Below are positions 50,256 to 60,754 of a stretch of 64,000 bases of DNA, piece after piece. The position numbers and the translations under genes were made by a program. The DNA is taken from NCBI GenBank assembly GCA_965197905.1, contig CBDAOB010000003.1, positions 992,001-1,056,000 on the forward strand. The letters run 5' to 3'. The stretch's first letter is position 1. Each line of letters begins with the position of its first letter. The notes beneath the pieces were generated by a model that worked only from the letters and a program-made list of their open reading frames with translations, was not told the origin of the DNA and did not search any database. The stretch is from Candidatus Latescibacterota bacterium. Lineage in GTDB: Bacteria; Latescibacterota; UBA2968; UBA8231.

Positions 50256-52304
50256 ATGAGTGACGCTGACAGATCGAGAGATAGCTCCGTCCCCGACGGG
50301 ATCGCAGCTGCAGAGGCCGAACCGAGCGCCTCCTCCGCGCTGGACACGGCCGACACGGAAGAAACTCCGGACGCCCAACCGCCACGTATCCGCTGGCGCG
50401 CCGTGCTGCTCTCGATGCTGTCGATCGGGGTGATGTTCTTCTACGCGATCCAGGTTTCCGAGCGCCAGCGGTCCGGCGCCTTCGCCCATTCGCAATACCC
50501 GCTCACCGCATTTATCCCGTTCGTGGTCTGGTTGACCGCCAACATCATCCTCAAGCGGGTATGGCCCCGCATTGCGCTGAATCGGGGCGAACTCCTGACC
50601 ATATTCACCATGACCTGGGTCGCCGGGGTCATTCCGTCCTGGATCAAGAGCTGGGCTTCGGTCCTGACCACACCAACGGTATTCGCATCCCCCGAGAACC
50701 AGTGGGAGCTGATCTTCGATTTCTTGCCCTGGCACGTACTGGCGCCCCCCACGCCCGAGGTGGTGGTGAACTACTGGTACGGTCGGCCCGAGGGAATGGA
50801 TATCCCCTGGGCGCAATGGCTCGGTCCGCTCTTCCAGTGGTTGAGCGCCACCACCGCCGTGGTTGTGTTCGGCTTTTGCCTCGTTCTGCTGTTCCAGAGA
50901 CAGTGGGAGCGCCACGAGAAGCTCACCTTTCCGCTGGCCCAGCTGCCGCTCGATCTGACCCAGGGGTTAGACGGACGCCGGCGCATGCCCGATCTGTTCC
51001 GCTCCAATCTGTTCTGGATCGGTTTCTTCCTGGTGCTGATTCCGATGGGATACCGGATCACCACCTATTTCATGCCCAGCCTGCCGGAACTGGACATCCT
51101 GTGGAGACACTACAGTCTGAGCTGGGGAGACGGCGGGCTGGTCTTTCGGGTGATGCCGGTGGCGATGGCGGTGGTCTACCTCTGTCCCCTGGATATCATG
51201 GGAAGCATCGCTCTCTTCCACGTTCTGGGCGCGGTCAAATACGGATTGATGCGGCGTTACGGAGCGCCGGACTTCGGTTTTTCCGGGTCCACCGTGAATC
51301 CCATCTTCCCCGACTCGTTTCAAGTCCTGCAGGGCGAGAGCTACGGAGCGGTTGTTTTCATCGCCTTGTGGTCGATCTGGCTTGCGCGCCGACATCTCAA
51401 GGATGTTTGGCACCAGGTGCGGAATGGCACGGGCGATCGGGCCGATCTCTTTCGATACCGGTTTGCCCTGATCGGAATGTTACTATCGGGAGCATATGTG
51501 ATCGGTTGGGCGATCTTTATGGGAGTGCATCCATTGGCGGCGACCCTGACCTTCCTGCTCATGGTGCTGGTCTATTTCGTCACCGTGAAGCTGGTTGCCG
51601 CCACCGGGTTCGCCTACCTGCTCCCTAACCGACCTCACTTGAAAGGCGAGTTCCTGGTTCTCGAGATGATCGGGTCGGCGTACATGTCGGCGCGCAATCT
51701 CGCCGCATACAAGGTCTTCACGAGTTATGCGTTTTTCGGTCACATCCTCATACCCGCGTGGCCGGCGCTGCCCCACCACCTGCGCATCTTCTCCTTTCGA
51801 AGGCAGCCCAAATGGGTTCTTGCTACGGTACTGATCGCGTTCGTGGGAGGGTTTCTGGTGGCGTTCTGGGCGCTGCTGGATATGACCTATCAGGAGGGGG
51901 CGATTATCCTCGCCGGCAACAGGATACCGCGCGACTACAACGTCGCCGTCAACCTGATGAACCACCCGATCGAATTCCGTTGGGAGAAGTGGGCGCTCTG
52001 GTTTATCGGATTCTTCGAGGCGGCGTTTCTGGCCTTACTGCGCACCCGTTACCATTGGTTTCCCATACACCCGATCGGTCTCGCCTTTCAGATGACGATC
52101 GGCACGTGGGTCTACTGGTCGACCCTGTTCATGATGTGGATGGTGAAGATTACCTTGCTGCGCCTGGGGGGTGTCAAAGCGTACATCGCCGGCAAGCCGT
52201 TTTTCTACGGCATGGGCATCGGTTATATGATCGGTGTGATCGCTGGCACGGTGGTCGATTTGATTTGGTTCCCCGGCGCCGGCCACCGCATTCACTGGTG
52301 GTAA
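50256..52304 (+). CDS. DUF6785/DUF6784-like polytopic membrane protein (OPT-like transporter)
   Basis: Many TM helices. QWERHEKLTFPL, WFPIHPIG, KITLLRLGG and PFFYGM motifs. Confidence 0.7.
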   Translation: MSDADRSRDSSVPDGIAAAEAEPSASSALDTADTEETPDAQPPRIRWRAVLLSMLSIGVMFFYAIQVSERQRSGAFAHSQYPLTAFIPFVVWLTANIILKRVWPRIALNRGELLTIFTMTWVAGVIPSWIKSWASVLTTPTVFASPENQWELIFDFLPWHVLAPPTPEVVVNYWYGRPEGMDIPWAQWLGPLFQWLSATTAVVVFGFCLVLLFQRQWERHEKLTFPLAQLPLDLTQGLDGRRRMPDLFRSNLFWIGFFLVLIPMGYRITTYFMPSLPELDILWRHYSLSWGDGGLVFRVMPVAMAVVYLCPLDIMGSIALFHVLGAVKYGLMRRYGAPDFGFSGSTVNPIFPDSFQVLQGESYGAVVFIALWSIWLARRHLKDVWHQVRNGTGDRADLFRYRFALIGMLLSGAYVIGWAIFMGVHPLAATLTFLLMVLVYFVTVKLVAATGFAYLLPNRPHLKGEFLVLEMIGSAYMSARNLAAYKVFTSYAFFGHILIPAWPALPHHLRIFSFRRQPKWVLATVLIAFVGGFLVAFWALLDMTYQEGAIILAGNRIPRDYNVAVNLMNHPIEFRWEKWALWFIGFFEAAFLALLRTRYHWFPIHPIGLAFQMTIGTWVYWSTLFMMWMVKITLLRLGGVKAYIAGKPFFYGMGIGYMIGVIAGTVVDLIWFPGAGHRIHWW

Positions 52305-52509
52305 TCCAAAAACGCGATGATGAACCGAACCTTCGAACCACCGTTTCCACGCGGGTCTGAGTCCGTCACCGTGAAACGTGCCAGGCGCTGGCAAAACTCC
52401 TGTTCGGACCGGAACTGATCAGTGAGTTTGCCCGAAGCGTGCGACGTCGTCGACGTGATGCCCCTGCTCCGAGGAGAGTCCGACGGCGTGCGCGACCACG
52501 CATTGCGTC

Positions 52510-52534
52510 AGGGGGCGTTTTCAAACTGCCCCCT
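52510..52534. terminator. GC-rich hairpin between convergent genes
   Basis: AGGGGGC...GCCCCCT stem 4 nt past the stop of the minus-strand gene. No clear U-tract. Confidence 0.4.
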
Positions 52535-52538
52535 CTCA

Positions 52539-54788
52539 TTAGCGCTTTTGCTTCGGTGAAGCCCAGAAGTTCCGTTGCGGATCCATGTAAACCCACGTTC
52601 GAGATCCGCTACGATAATGGAGCGGAACAGCGTCTGCGTCGATAGCTCCCAGAGCCACCCTCGCACTCTCGATATCATCCAGAAGTTCTGAGCAGAAGCT
52701 GATCGCATTGCCGATCTCGAAAGTGCGGCCATAGAGGGAGTAGGCCGGCCGCCCAAATCTTCCTCCCCAGGTTCGCAGCAGTTCCGGTCCTGGCTCCCCG
52801 TCGACCCAGGATTGCAGGGCATCGCGCGCCCTGGCATGGTTGTCGGCGTTGAAGTACTGACCAAATTCCTCGATCGCCGGTTTATCGTCAAAGTCTGTTT
52901 GCGGTCGGATGCCGCGCCAATCCCAGTAGACCGGGCCCGACTCGCGATCCTCCAGAGCAGTTCGAATAGCCACGTCGTACCAGCGTTTGCGGCCGCCCTT
53001 GGGTTCTGAAATAGGATGCATCTCGAAGTCGATGGCTTCCAACGGCTGGCCGCTCTCCGGATCGTACCAGAGATAACCTCGGTGGGATTCGGGTACACTC
53101 GCGAGCCACCCGAGCACTCTCTCCAAAGCCTGCATATAGCGTCGGTCGGCACTCAGATCGTAGGCCAGGAGCAGACCTCGATAGGCCGCGCGGATGGCCT
53201 GTTCGGAAATCGCCGGAGGTTCGGTAGACCGATTCCAGATCATGTTGAACTCTTTGTCATATTGATCTGCCCAACCATAGGTGGGCGGTCCGGCCTGAGC
53301 TCGTAAAATCCACTCCGCGCCCTTTAGAATCGGTTTCAGGTAACGCTCGTCTCCGGTGGCGCACCAGATCACGAAGAGATCCTCCATGGCTTGCGGTGTT
53401 ACGGCATCGTTGAGGGCGTAGTTGCCGAACGGTTCGTTTTTCCCTTCAGGATAGGAATGCCAGTTCCAGGCTCCTTCCGGATGCTGGATATTCACCAACC
53501 AGTCGCCGGCGCGGCGAACCGCCTCCCGGTATCGTTCATATCCGAGCAAACGGTAGATCAAGCAGAGAAAGCGAATTTGATTGCTCTGCATTGACTGGGC
53601 GATATAGGCACTCCCCCACGGAAGAAATTCGCCACGGCTGTAGGTGTAGTGGTAAGCCCAACTTCCGTTTTCCCACTGTAGGTGACTGAACAGATCGGCC
53701 GCTTCAATCGCACCGTCGAGATAGCGGTCATCACCCCAGATCAACCATCCCCGTAGCAGGTCGTTGCCGGCGTTGGCCGAATGGGGATACCACAGATCTA
53801 CACCGCGACCGACGAATTCCCACCCGCCAGGCAAGAGATTTGGCCAGGTGTAACCCGCCGCCAATCCACCCTTGAACTGCAGTTCGAGTAGCTTATCGAG
53901 AACAGCCCGAGCGAGGTCTTCCTCGTGCAGCAAACGCTGCTCATCGATCGAAGATTGGTTGGGAACCGCGCTACTCGCGAGGCGCGAAGCCGCAGAGGTC
54001 TCCTGGAGATGTAGCTCGTCGAGATCGCAGTCTGCGGAGATTTGCCAGAAGCCGCCGAAGAACAGGTAAATGCCAGGATTGGGCAGTAAGGCGTCCGACC
54101 GCCGGTTTAACGAAGCAGTTACACCTTCACCGTCTATCAGCAACCAGACCCGTCCTTTCCCTCGCAAGTCCCACGACACCAGTATGTGGTGCCAGTCGCC
54201 TGCATTCAGTTCTGCAACGGGAAGGCGAAGAATCGAAGCCTCCTCCTTGGTCAGGCTTCCGTAAGCCCGGTACATGGCAAAGCGGAAGTCCGTCAGCCTC
54301 AACTCTAGTTGATTGTCCGCCGTTTTGCGCAATGCGATGGCGTGGGGAGTGAGACCGTAGCGCTGACCTGGGACACTGCGCTCGGGGAATAGCACCGCAA
54401 ACCAATGCTCGCGGCCATCGCTCCAGACCGGCTCTTGCGGTCGCGAACGGGCCCAGAATTCCAACGTTCCAGTAGTGAAGTTGATATTGTCCAGACCGGG
54501 ATACATAAGCCGATCGGGCTGCAGCTCCGAGTCGACGACCGCTCCGAGACCGAACTTCCCCGGGGTGGACACCGGCAACTCCACCCCCACTTCGGTTGGA
54601 TCTACGCGGGCGTAATCGGCATTCCAATCGTCGCTATCGTCGAAATGGACGAGGAGAGTCGTGTCGAAGTCGCGGGTTGGCGGATGTTCAGGGACGGAGC
54701 TCAACCGACAAGGGTCGCCGTCAAGCAATGCGGCATAGCCCATTGATTGCAGGAACATACTAAGGACGATGGGAGCATGGCGTCTCAC
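52539..54788 (-). CDS. Secreted protein: LamG-like domain plus (alpha/alpha) pectate lyase PL10-like domain
   Basis: Signal-like MRRHAPIVLSMFLQSMGYA, TTLLVHFD..GTLEFW..WHHILVSW, then LNDAVT, GWADQYD and RSTEPPAIS. Confidence 0.6.
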   Translation of the reverse strand: MRRHAPIVLSMFLQSMGYAALLDGDPCRLSSVPEHPPTRDFDTTLLVHFDDSDDWNADYARVDPTEVGVELPVSTPGKFGLGAVVDSELQPDRLMYPGLDNINFTTGTLEFWARSRPQEPVWSDGREHWFAVLFPERSVPGQRYGLTPHAIALRKTADNQLELRLTDFRFAMYRAYGSLTKEEASILRLPVAELNAGDWHHILVSWDLRGKGRVWLLIDGEGVTASLNRRSDALLPNPGIYLFFGGFWQISADCDLDELHLQETSAASRLASSAVPNQSSIDEQRLLHEEDLARAVLDKLLELQFKGGLAAGYTWPNLLPGGWEFVGRGVDLWYPHSANAGNDLLRGWLIWGDDRYLDGAIEAADLFSHLQWENGSWAYHYTYSRGEFLPWGSAYIAQSMQSNQIRFLCLIYRLLGYERYREAVRRAGDWLVNIQHPEGAWNWHSYPEGKNEPFGNYALNDAVTPQAMEDLFVIWCATGDERYLKPILKGAEWILRAQAGPPTYGWADQYDKEFNMIWNRSTEPPAISEQAIRAAYRGLLLAYDLSADRRYMQALERVLGWLASVPESHRGYLWYDPESGQPLEAIDFEMHPISEPKGGRKRWYDVAIRTALEDRESGPVYWDWRGIRPQTDFDDKPAIEEFGQYFNADNHARARDALQSWVDGEPGPELLRTWGGRFGRPAYSLYGRTFEIGNAISFCSELLDDIESARVALGAIDADAVPLHYRSGSRTWVYMDPQRNFWASPKQKR

Positions 54789-54793
54789 AGCGG

Positions 54794-55822
54794 CTAGAAC
54801 TCCCCCGATCGCGATTCGTATCCAGTAGGTTTTCCCAGCGTCCGACCCCCGTTCATCACCCAGTGGGCCACCCACTTCACCAAGGTCTCAGACGAAACCA
54901 GGGGCCGGCCCAGCCGTTCGAATAAGGCGGTCGCGTCACCCAACAGGGCCGTCTCGCTTTCTGCGCCCCGGAAGATCGGTTCAACATTCATGATTTGGCC
55001 CAGCTTCCACGACAACGCGCGCACCGAGAGCACCTCCTCACCGGTCATGTTGATCACACGCGCGGGGCTGTCGCACAATGGAAACATCTGGGCCACGTAG
55101 GCATTGGCGTCACCCTGCCAGATCTGATTCACGTATCCCATCTCCAGATTGATCGGGATCCGGTTCCATATTTTTTGGGCCAGGTCCAGCACGATGCCGT
55201 AACGCAACTCGCTGGCGTAGAACAGGCGCACGATGCACAGAGGCGTGCCGTTGCGCTCCGAGCAGTGCTCGGCCAACCGCTCGCCTCCCAGGCGGGATTG
55301 GGCGTACTCGCCGACCGGCTCCACCGGATGCGACTCGCTCGCGCCATTTCCACTCACCGGCGTAAAGGGGTACACGTTGCCCGACGAGACATAGATGATC
55401 TGCGACTCGGGAAACCGCTGCAGCACTCTTGCTGGTAACAATGCATTTGCCGCCCAGGTACCCCAAGGATCGCCGGAGCTACCGAATTTGAAGCCCGCCA
55501 TCAGCACGATGTGAGCAGCATCTGGCAGTTGTCTCAGGTCCCTATCGTTCAAGAGATCACACTGTATCGCGCGCACGCCCCGTTTCTCCAGATAGGCCTT
55601 GTCCCCTGGATTCGAAAATCTGGACACCCCCACAACTTCGGGCGCGCCGGCGCGCACCAATAACTCGCCCAACGACGGCCCCATCTTTCCAGCAACCCCC
55701 AGAATCATCACCTTCCCCTGCAGCTTTGCCACCGCTTCGGTGACCGCCGGCGATGGTGTGGTCATCCGGTCGATGAGATCTGATTCGGTTTCGATCGGGT
55801 CAGTGAAATTTATCGGTGCCAT
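54794..55822 (-). CDS. NAD-dependent epimerase/dehydratase
   Basis: GVAGKMG, SSGNVY, YAQSR and RYG..NQIWQGDAN. Confidence 0.88.
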   Translation of the reverse strand: MAPINFTDPIETESDLIDRMTTPSPAVTEAVAKLQGKVMILGVAGKMGPSLGELLVRAGAPEVVGVSRFSNPGDKAYLEKRGVRAIQCDLLNDRDLRQLPDAAHIVLMAGFKFGSSGDPWGTWAANALLPARVLQRFPESQIIYVSSGNVYPFTPVSGNGASESHPVEPVGEYAQSRLGGERLAEHCSERNGTPLCIVRLFYASELRYGIVLDLAQKIWNRIPINLEMGYVNQIWQGDANAYVAQMFPLCDSPARVINMTGEEVLSVRALSWKLGQIMNVEPIFRGAESETALLGDATALFERLGRPLVSSETLVKWVAHWVMNGGRTLGKPTGYESRSGEF

Positions 55823-55877
55823 TATTCAGGATGAGATCAACCCCGTGATGTTGAATCCAAGCGAAATCGGAGGTTAG

Positions 55878-57137
55878 ATGATGGCTGCAGCCATAAACGT
55901 AGCTTCGGACACGATAGTTTCAACCAGGGGATCAACCAGGGCGACTCTCTACAACTGGACCAACAAGATTCTGACCCACGAAGGCAAGACCTTCATCACC
56001 TGGCAGGACTTTCTCGCCGCCAACCAGATCAAGACTCTCGACCGCAAAACCGGTGAGTGGAGCGACACGGACACGGTCGGTTGTGGCATCGACAACCACT
56101 GCGGTCCGGCTCTCTCCGTGGACAGCGAGGGATTCCTGCACTTGGTCACCGGGGCCCACTCCCACACCCCGTTCCAGCACCGGAAGAGCCGCCATCCCTA
56201 CGATCAGTCGGAATGGATGCATTACCGGCCGACCGGGGTTAACTCCACTTATCCAAGCCTGGTCTGCGACCGGGAGGACCTTCTCCACCTGACCTATCGG
56301 GGTTGCGCGTGTCGGGCGTATTGGATGGAGAACGACCCGACCTCCCACCTGATGTATCAGCGGGCGCAAGCGAGCGGCGGCGACTGGTCGTTACCGGTTG
56401 ACCTGGTTCGCACCGAGGAGCCCTTCGGTTACACCCAGTACGGCAACGCGCTGTGCATCGACCGCAAAAACCGCATCCACATGGTGTTCTTCATGATCGA
56501 GGGATACCCGGAGGAGCGGGGGCTCAGGGTGGGTTACATGCGCACCGAAGATGCGGGACTGACCTGGTTGAAAAGCGACGGCGGGCGCACCCCGATTCCG
56601 TCGTGGAAGAAGACCTTCGAGGTAATCGAAGAGGTGGAGCAAGGGCGCCTGCGCACTACCAACGTCGCCTGCGATCCGAACGATTGTCCATACCTGGTGA
56701 TCTTCGATCGCGACGATGGAGATGGTCTGCTGATGTGGCACGATGGTGACAGTTGGAACAAACGCCTCCTTTTGGAGGAGATCCGCCAGGCGCGCCCGAA
56801 CGGTTTTATCGCCGCCGACGGTACCGTGGCGTTCGATCGCGAGGGTGGGCTCTATATTGCGCTCCACACCTCAGCGAATTCGGACGATTGGGGTGACCCC
56901 GGGGCGGAGGTCGTGTTGCTCTTTTCGGACGACGGGGGGCAGAACTTCAGTGCGTGCCATATATCGGAACCGGGGGACTCGGTACCCTGCTGGCAACCTT
57001 CCCTCGAGATGGTCTCCAGCTTTTACCAGGCCACACCGGAGGTTCCGACCATGACCTGGACCCGCGGCGGCAAGGGCACGGGCTTGTTTTCGCGGGACTA
57101 TTCGGAGGTGCACTTCACGGTGCTCGACCGGAACTGA
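55878..57137 (+). CDS. BNR-4 repeat / sialidase-like beta-propeller
   Basis: DNHCGPAL, TYPSL and Asp-boxes TEDAGLTW and SDDGGQNF. Confidence 0.75.
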   Translation: MMAAAINVASDTIVSTRGSTRATLYNWTNKILTHEGKTFITWQDFLAANQIKTLDRKTGEWSDTDTVGCGIDNHCGPALSVDSEGFLHLVTGAHSHTPFQHRKSRHPYDQSEWMHYRPTGVNSTYPSLVCDREDLLHLTYRGCACRAYWMENDPTSHLMYQRAQASGGDWSLPVDLVRTEEPFGYTQYGNALCIDRKNRIHMVFFMIEGYPEERGLRVGYMRTEDAGLTWLKSDGGRTPIPSWKKTFEVIEEVEQGRLRTTNVACDPNDCPYLVIFDRDDGDGLLMWHDGDSWNKRLLLEEIRQARPNGFIAADGTVAFDREGGLYIALHTSANSDDWGDPGAEVVLLFSDDGGQNFSACHISEPGDSVPCWQPSLEMVSSFYQATPEVPTMTWTRGGKGTGLFSRDYSEVHFTVLDRN

Positions 57138-57269
57138 TAGTGACATTCGTTCTCGGCGACCGAGTTCGGTCGGAGCCGTCCGTCCGACAGAGAAGGTCAG
57201 GCACGCGTCGGCGCGGTAGACGATTCAATTGCGGACTGCCTCCGACACCTCAGCCGATGATTCCGGCGC

Positions 57270-57323
57270 GGCCGACGCCGATGGACGCCAATCGTAGTCC
57301 CGGCGACTCGGCTGGATACGCGA
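57270..57323. repeat. Non-coding tail duplicated with the SBP genes (second copy 58953-59010)
   Basis: ggccgacgccg.tggacgccaatcg....ccggcgactcgg.tgga.acg in both places. Confidence 0.75.
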
Positions 57324-58937
57324 TCACCCATCGCCGGCGAGGTCTTCCCTAGGCGTCGGGTCCACGACATCCCATTCGTGAAACCGCATCGCAGTAGGGT
57401 AGCCGATCGTATCCGCCATCGGTCCGATCTTGAGCCGCTTGCTCTTCGCCATCAGGCCCAACGGGTGAATGATCGGGAAGTAGACCACGTCGTCCCAGAC
57501 CAGCTCCTGCATCCTCAGGTATAGCTTCCGAAGCTGTTCGTGATCGGAAGTGGTGTCGACGCGTGCGGCCAGGGCGTCCACCTCCGGGTTCAGATAACCG
57601 TACGCGGCCTTGTAATGCCCGTCGCTGCGGAAGTTGGTTATGCTCAAGGGCAGGACCCCACCCCAGCCCCCAACGTAAAAATCGAACTCGCCGCGTAGCA
57701 TGCGTTCGCCGAGTATGGCGGCTTCCACCGCCTCGACTTTTACGTGAACGCCCACCCGCTTCCAATAGTCCTGGACGATGGTGGCGATGTCGAGACGGAT
57801 GCCGGCCATATCGATATCCCGCATCACGATGGTCAGCGGGCGCGACGGGTGCCAGCCGGCCTCCTGCAACAACGCTTTTGATTTTTCCGGGTCGTACTCC
57901 ATGCGGGGCAGGTCGAGGTGGCGCCAATCCAGGGCGGGCATAACCGTCACCGGCACCTCGGCGCCGCCGTAAGCTCCGTAGATGTTCTGGGAGATCGCTT
58001 CGCGGTCGATAGCATGGAAAAGGGCGCGGCGCACCCGCTGGTCCTGTAGTTCCGGGAGCGAGACGTTCATGGACACGTGGACGTTGGCGTTGTTGCGCAA
58101 CGGCACGATCTCCATGTGGGGCAGGGCGCCGATCTCCGATGCCGATGTTGGTGTCGGGGGGAAGCCAAGATCGAGCTGGTTGTTGATGGCGGCCAGCGCT
58201 TCATCCTTGTCGTGAAAGATAACCTCGTCGAGCTTGGGCGCTCCTAGGTGATAGTCGCGGTTCGCCTCCAGGCGCAAAAACTGGAAGGGCTGGGATTCCA
58301 CCAGCTTGAACGGTCCGGTGCCTACCGGATGGCGCCAGATCGGGTGCCCCTCCACCTTGCTGCTCTTGCCGACGATATCGAGCTGGTGTTTCGGCAGAAT
58401 TGAGATGACGCCGATGTTCCAGAAGAAGAAGGGGGAGGGACGGGCTAGGACGAAGCGGATGGTGTGGTCGTCCAGGACTTGAAGTCCGAGGATCTTGTCG
58501 GTCTTCTTGGCTAGGTAATCCTGATATCCAACCAGATTGTGGAATTGCCCGAGGCCGGCAGGTGAAATCAGGTATCCATCTAGAATGGTAAGAAAAGTGG
58601 CTTCCACGTCGCGGGCCGTGAACGGCACTCCATCGTGCCAACGCACGTCGCGGCGCAGGTAGAAGGTGTGAATGAGCCGGTCCGCGGTCGATTCCCAATG
58701 GGTGGCGAGGTTCGGGTACCGCGGTTGGTGCAGAACGTCGTTGTCGAGCAGGCGATCGTAAACGAACCACCAGGTGGGCCAGTGGCCGTCGTTGCGGTGG
58801 TGATACGGGGGCGGTGTCCAGACCTCGTTGAGCAATCGCAGCCGAATCTGGATGCTCTTCTTGACGGGCCGCGAATCGTCGCTTTCCTGATCTGCGCAGC
58901 CGGCGGCGAAGGCGACGAGAAGAAGAAAGACCCTCAT
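57324..58937 (-). CDS. ABC transporter substrate-binding lipoprotein, family 5
   Basis: Lipobox AAGC, LATHWE, WHDGVPFTARDV, GTGPF and VRRALFHAIDRE. Confidence 0.92.
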   Translation of the reverse strand: MRVFLLLVAFAAGCADQESDDSRPVKKSIQIRLRLLNEVWTPPPYHHRNDGHWPTWWFVYDRLLDNDVLHQPRYPNLATHWESTADRLIHTFYLRRDVRWHDGVPFTARDVEATFLTILDGYLISPAGLGQFHNLVGYQDYLAKKTDKILGLQVLDDHTIRFVLARPSPFFFWNIGVISILPKHQLDIVGKSSKVEGHPIWRHPVGTGPFKLVESQPFQFLRLEANRDYHLGAPKLDEVIFHDKDEALAAINNQLDLGFPPTPTSASEIGALPHMEIVPLRNNANVHVSMNVSLPELQDQRVRRALFHAIDREAISQNIYGAYGGAEVPVTVMPALDWRHLDLPRMEYDPEKSKALLQEAGWHPSRPLTIVMRDIDMAGIRLDIATIVQDYWKRVGVHVKVEAVEAAILGERMLRGEFDFYVGGWGGVLPLSITNFRSDGHYKAAYGYLNPEVDALAARVDTTSDHEQLRKLYLRMQELVWDDVVYFPIIHPLGLMAKSKRLKIGPMADTIGYPTAMRFHEWDVVDPTPREDLAGDG

Positions 58938-59010
58938 TGTCGTCAACGGCGAGGCCGACGCCGGTGGACGCCAATCGCAATTCCGGCGACTCGGGTGGAC
59001 ACGAGGGCGA

Positions 59011-60750
59011 TCACCCATCGCCGGTGAGGTTTCGCCTCGGCGTCGGGTCCACCACATCCCATTCGTGGAACCACATCGCGGTGGGGTAGTTGAGAGTGTC
59101 CGGCATCGGCCCGATCTTGAGCCGCTTGCTTTTGGCTATCAGAACCAGCGGATGGAGCAGCGGAAAGTAAACTACATCATCCCAAACCAGCTCCTGCATT
59201 TCGAGGTAAAGCTCCCGCAGCTCTTCCCGATCAGAGGTGGTGTCGACGCGGGCGGCAAGGGCGTCTACTCTGGGATTGAGGTAACCGTAGGCGGTCTGGG
59301 AGGGTGCATTGCTGCTGAAGTTCACCATGTTGAGGGGGAGAATGTCGGTCCATCCTCCTAGGTAGAAATCGAATTCCCCGCGCAACATTTGCTCGCCGAG
59401 GATCGCGGCTTCTATCGCTTCGACTTTTACGTTTACACCCACCCGTTTCCAGTAGTCCTGCGCGATAGTGGCCAGATCGAGACGGATCCCGGCCATATCG
59501 ATGTCCCTCAGTACGATCTTCAACGGCCGCGAGGGATTCCAGCCGGCCTCCAGCAACAACGCTCTCGCCTTTTCCGGATCGTACTCCATGCGTGGTAGAT
59601 CAAGATGGCGCCAGGTCACGGCAGGCATCACCGTCACCGGCACCTCCGCGCCCCCGTACCTACCGAAGATCCCCTGGGAGATGGCCTCCCGATCGATGGC
59701 ATGGAAGAGGGCGCGGCGCACGCGGACGTCTTGAAGCTCGGGCAGCGAGACATTCAATTTGATGGTGGCGTTGGAGTTGCTGTGCATCGCGAGGATTTCC
59801 ATGTGGGGTAGGGCGCCGATCTCGGCTGCCGCCGACGGTGTCGGAGGAAACCCTAGATCCAGCTGATTGTTGATGGCAGCCAACGCCTCATCCTTGTCGT
59901 GAAAGATGACCTCGTCGATCTTCGGTCTCCCGCGGTGATAATCGGCATAAGCCTCCAGTCGCAGGAACTGAAAAGGTTGGGTCTCCGCCAGCTTGAACGG
60001 TCCGGTGCCGAGCGGCCCTGGATCGCGCCAGATCCTGTGGCCCTCCACCCTCTTGCTTTCGCCCACGATGTCGAGCTGGTGTTTCGGCAGGATGGAGACG
60101 ATGCCGACGTTCCAGAAGAAAAAGGGAGCCGGCCGCGTCAGCTCGAAGCGGATCGTATGGTCATCCAGGACCTGGAGCCCATCGATTTTCTTGGTCTTCT
60201 TGGCGCGGTAATCGTCAAAGCCAACCAGCAGATAGAATTGGCCTAGACTGACCGGCGCAATGAGGTAGCCATCCAGAATAGTGAGGAAGGTAGCTTCCAC
60301 GTCGTGGGCCGTGAACGGTTTGCCGTCGTGCCAGCGGACGTCGCGGCGCAGGTGGAAGGTGTGTTTGAGCTGGTCGGCGCTCGTTTCCCAATGGGTCGCC
60401 AGGTTGGGATACTGCGGCTCGTGTTGAAGGTTGTTGTCGAGCAGCCGATCATAAACGAACCACCAGGTGGGCCAGTGGCCGTCGTTGCGGTGACTGTAGG
60501 GAGGAGGGGTCCAGACTTCGTTCAGCAGCCGGAGCCTCACCTGGATGCTTTTCTTAGGGGGCCCAGAGACCTGGTTTTCCTGGCGCGCGCAGCCAGCGGG
60601 GAACATGGCGAGCAGGAGGCTTGCCGCGATGAGCAGTCGCACTCGGTCCACAACCCGATCAATCGCTGACCGATTTTTGGATGCCAGCGCAAGGCGCTGT
60701 GCTGGTAATTGCGTTGCGGAACTTATGTTTCCGCCGGCATGGTCCGACAT
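59011..60750 (-). CDS. ABC transporter substrate-binding lipoprotein, family 5 (tandem paralogue)
   Basis: Lipobox PAGC. Long identical stretches shared with 57324-58937. Start may be a downstream GTG near 60650. Confidence 0.92.
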   Translation of the reverse strand: MSDHAGGNISSATQLPAQRLALASKNRSAIDRVVDRVRLLIAASLLLAMFPAGCARQENQVSGPPKKSIQVRLRLLNEVWTPPPYSHRNDGHWPTWWFVYDRLLDNNLQHEPQYPNLATHWETSADQLKHTFHLRRDVRWHDGKPFTAHDVEATFLTILDGYLIAPVSLGQFYLLVGFDDYRAKKTKKIDGLQVLDDHTIRFELTRPAPFFFWNVGIVSILPKHQLDIVGESKRVEGHRIWRDPGPLGTGPFKLAETQPFQFLRLEAYADYHRGRPKIDEVIFHDKDEALAAINNQLDLGFPPTPSAAAEIGALPHMEILAMHSNSNATIKLNVSLPELQDVRVRRALFHAIDREAISQGIFGRYGGAEVPVTVMPAVTWRHLDLPRMEYDPEKARALLLEAGWNPSRPLKIVLRDIDMAGIRLDLATIAQDYWKRVGVNVKVEAIEAAILGEQMLRGEFDFYLGGWTDILPLNMVNFSSNAPSQTAYGYLNPRVDALAARVDTTSDREELRELYLEMQELVWDDVVYFPLLHPLVLIAKSKRLKIGPMPDTLNYPTAMWFHEWDVVDPTPRRNLTGDG

Positions 60751-60754
60751 ATAG

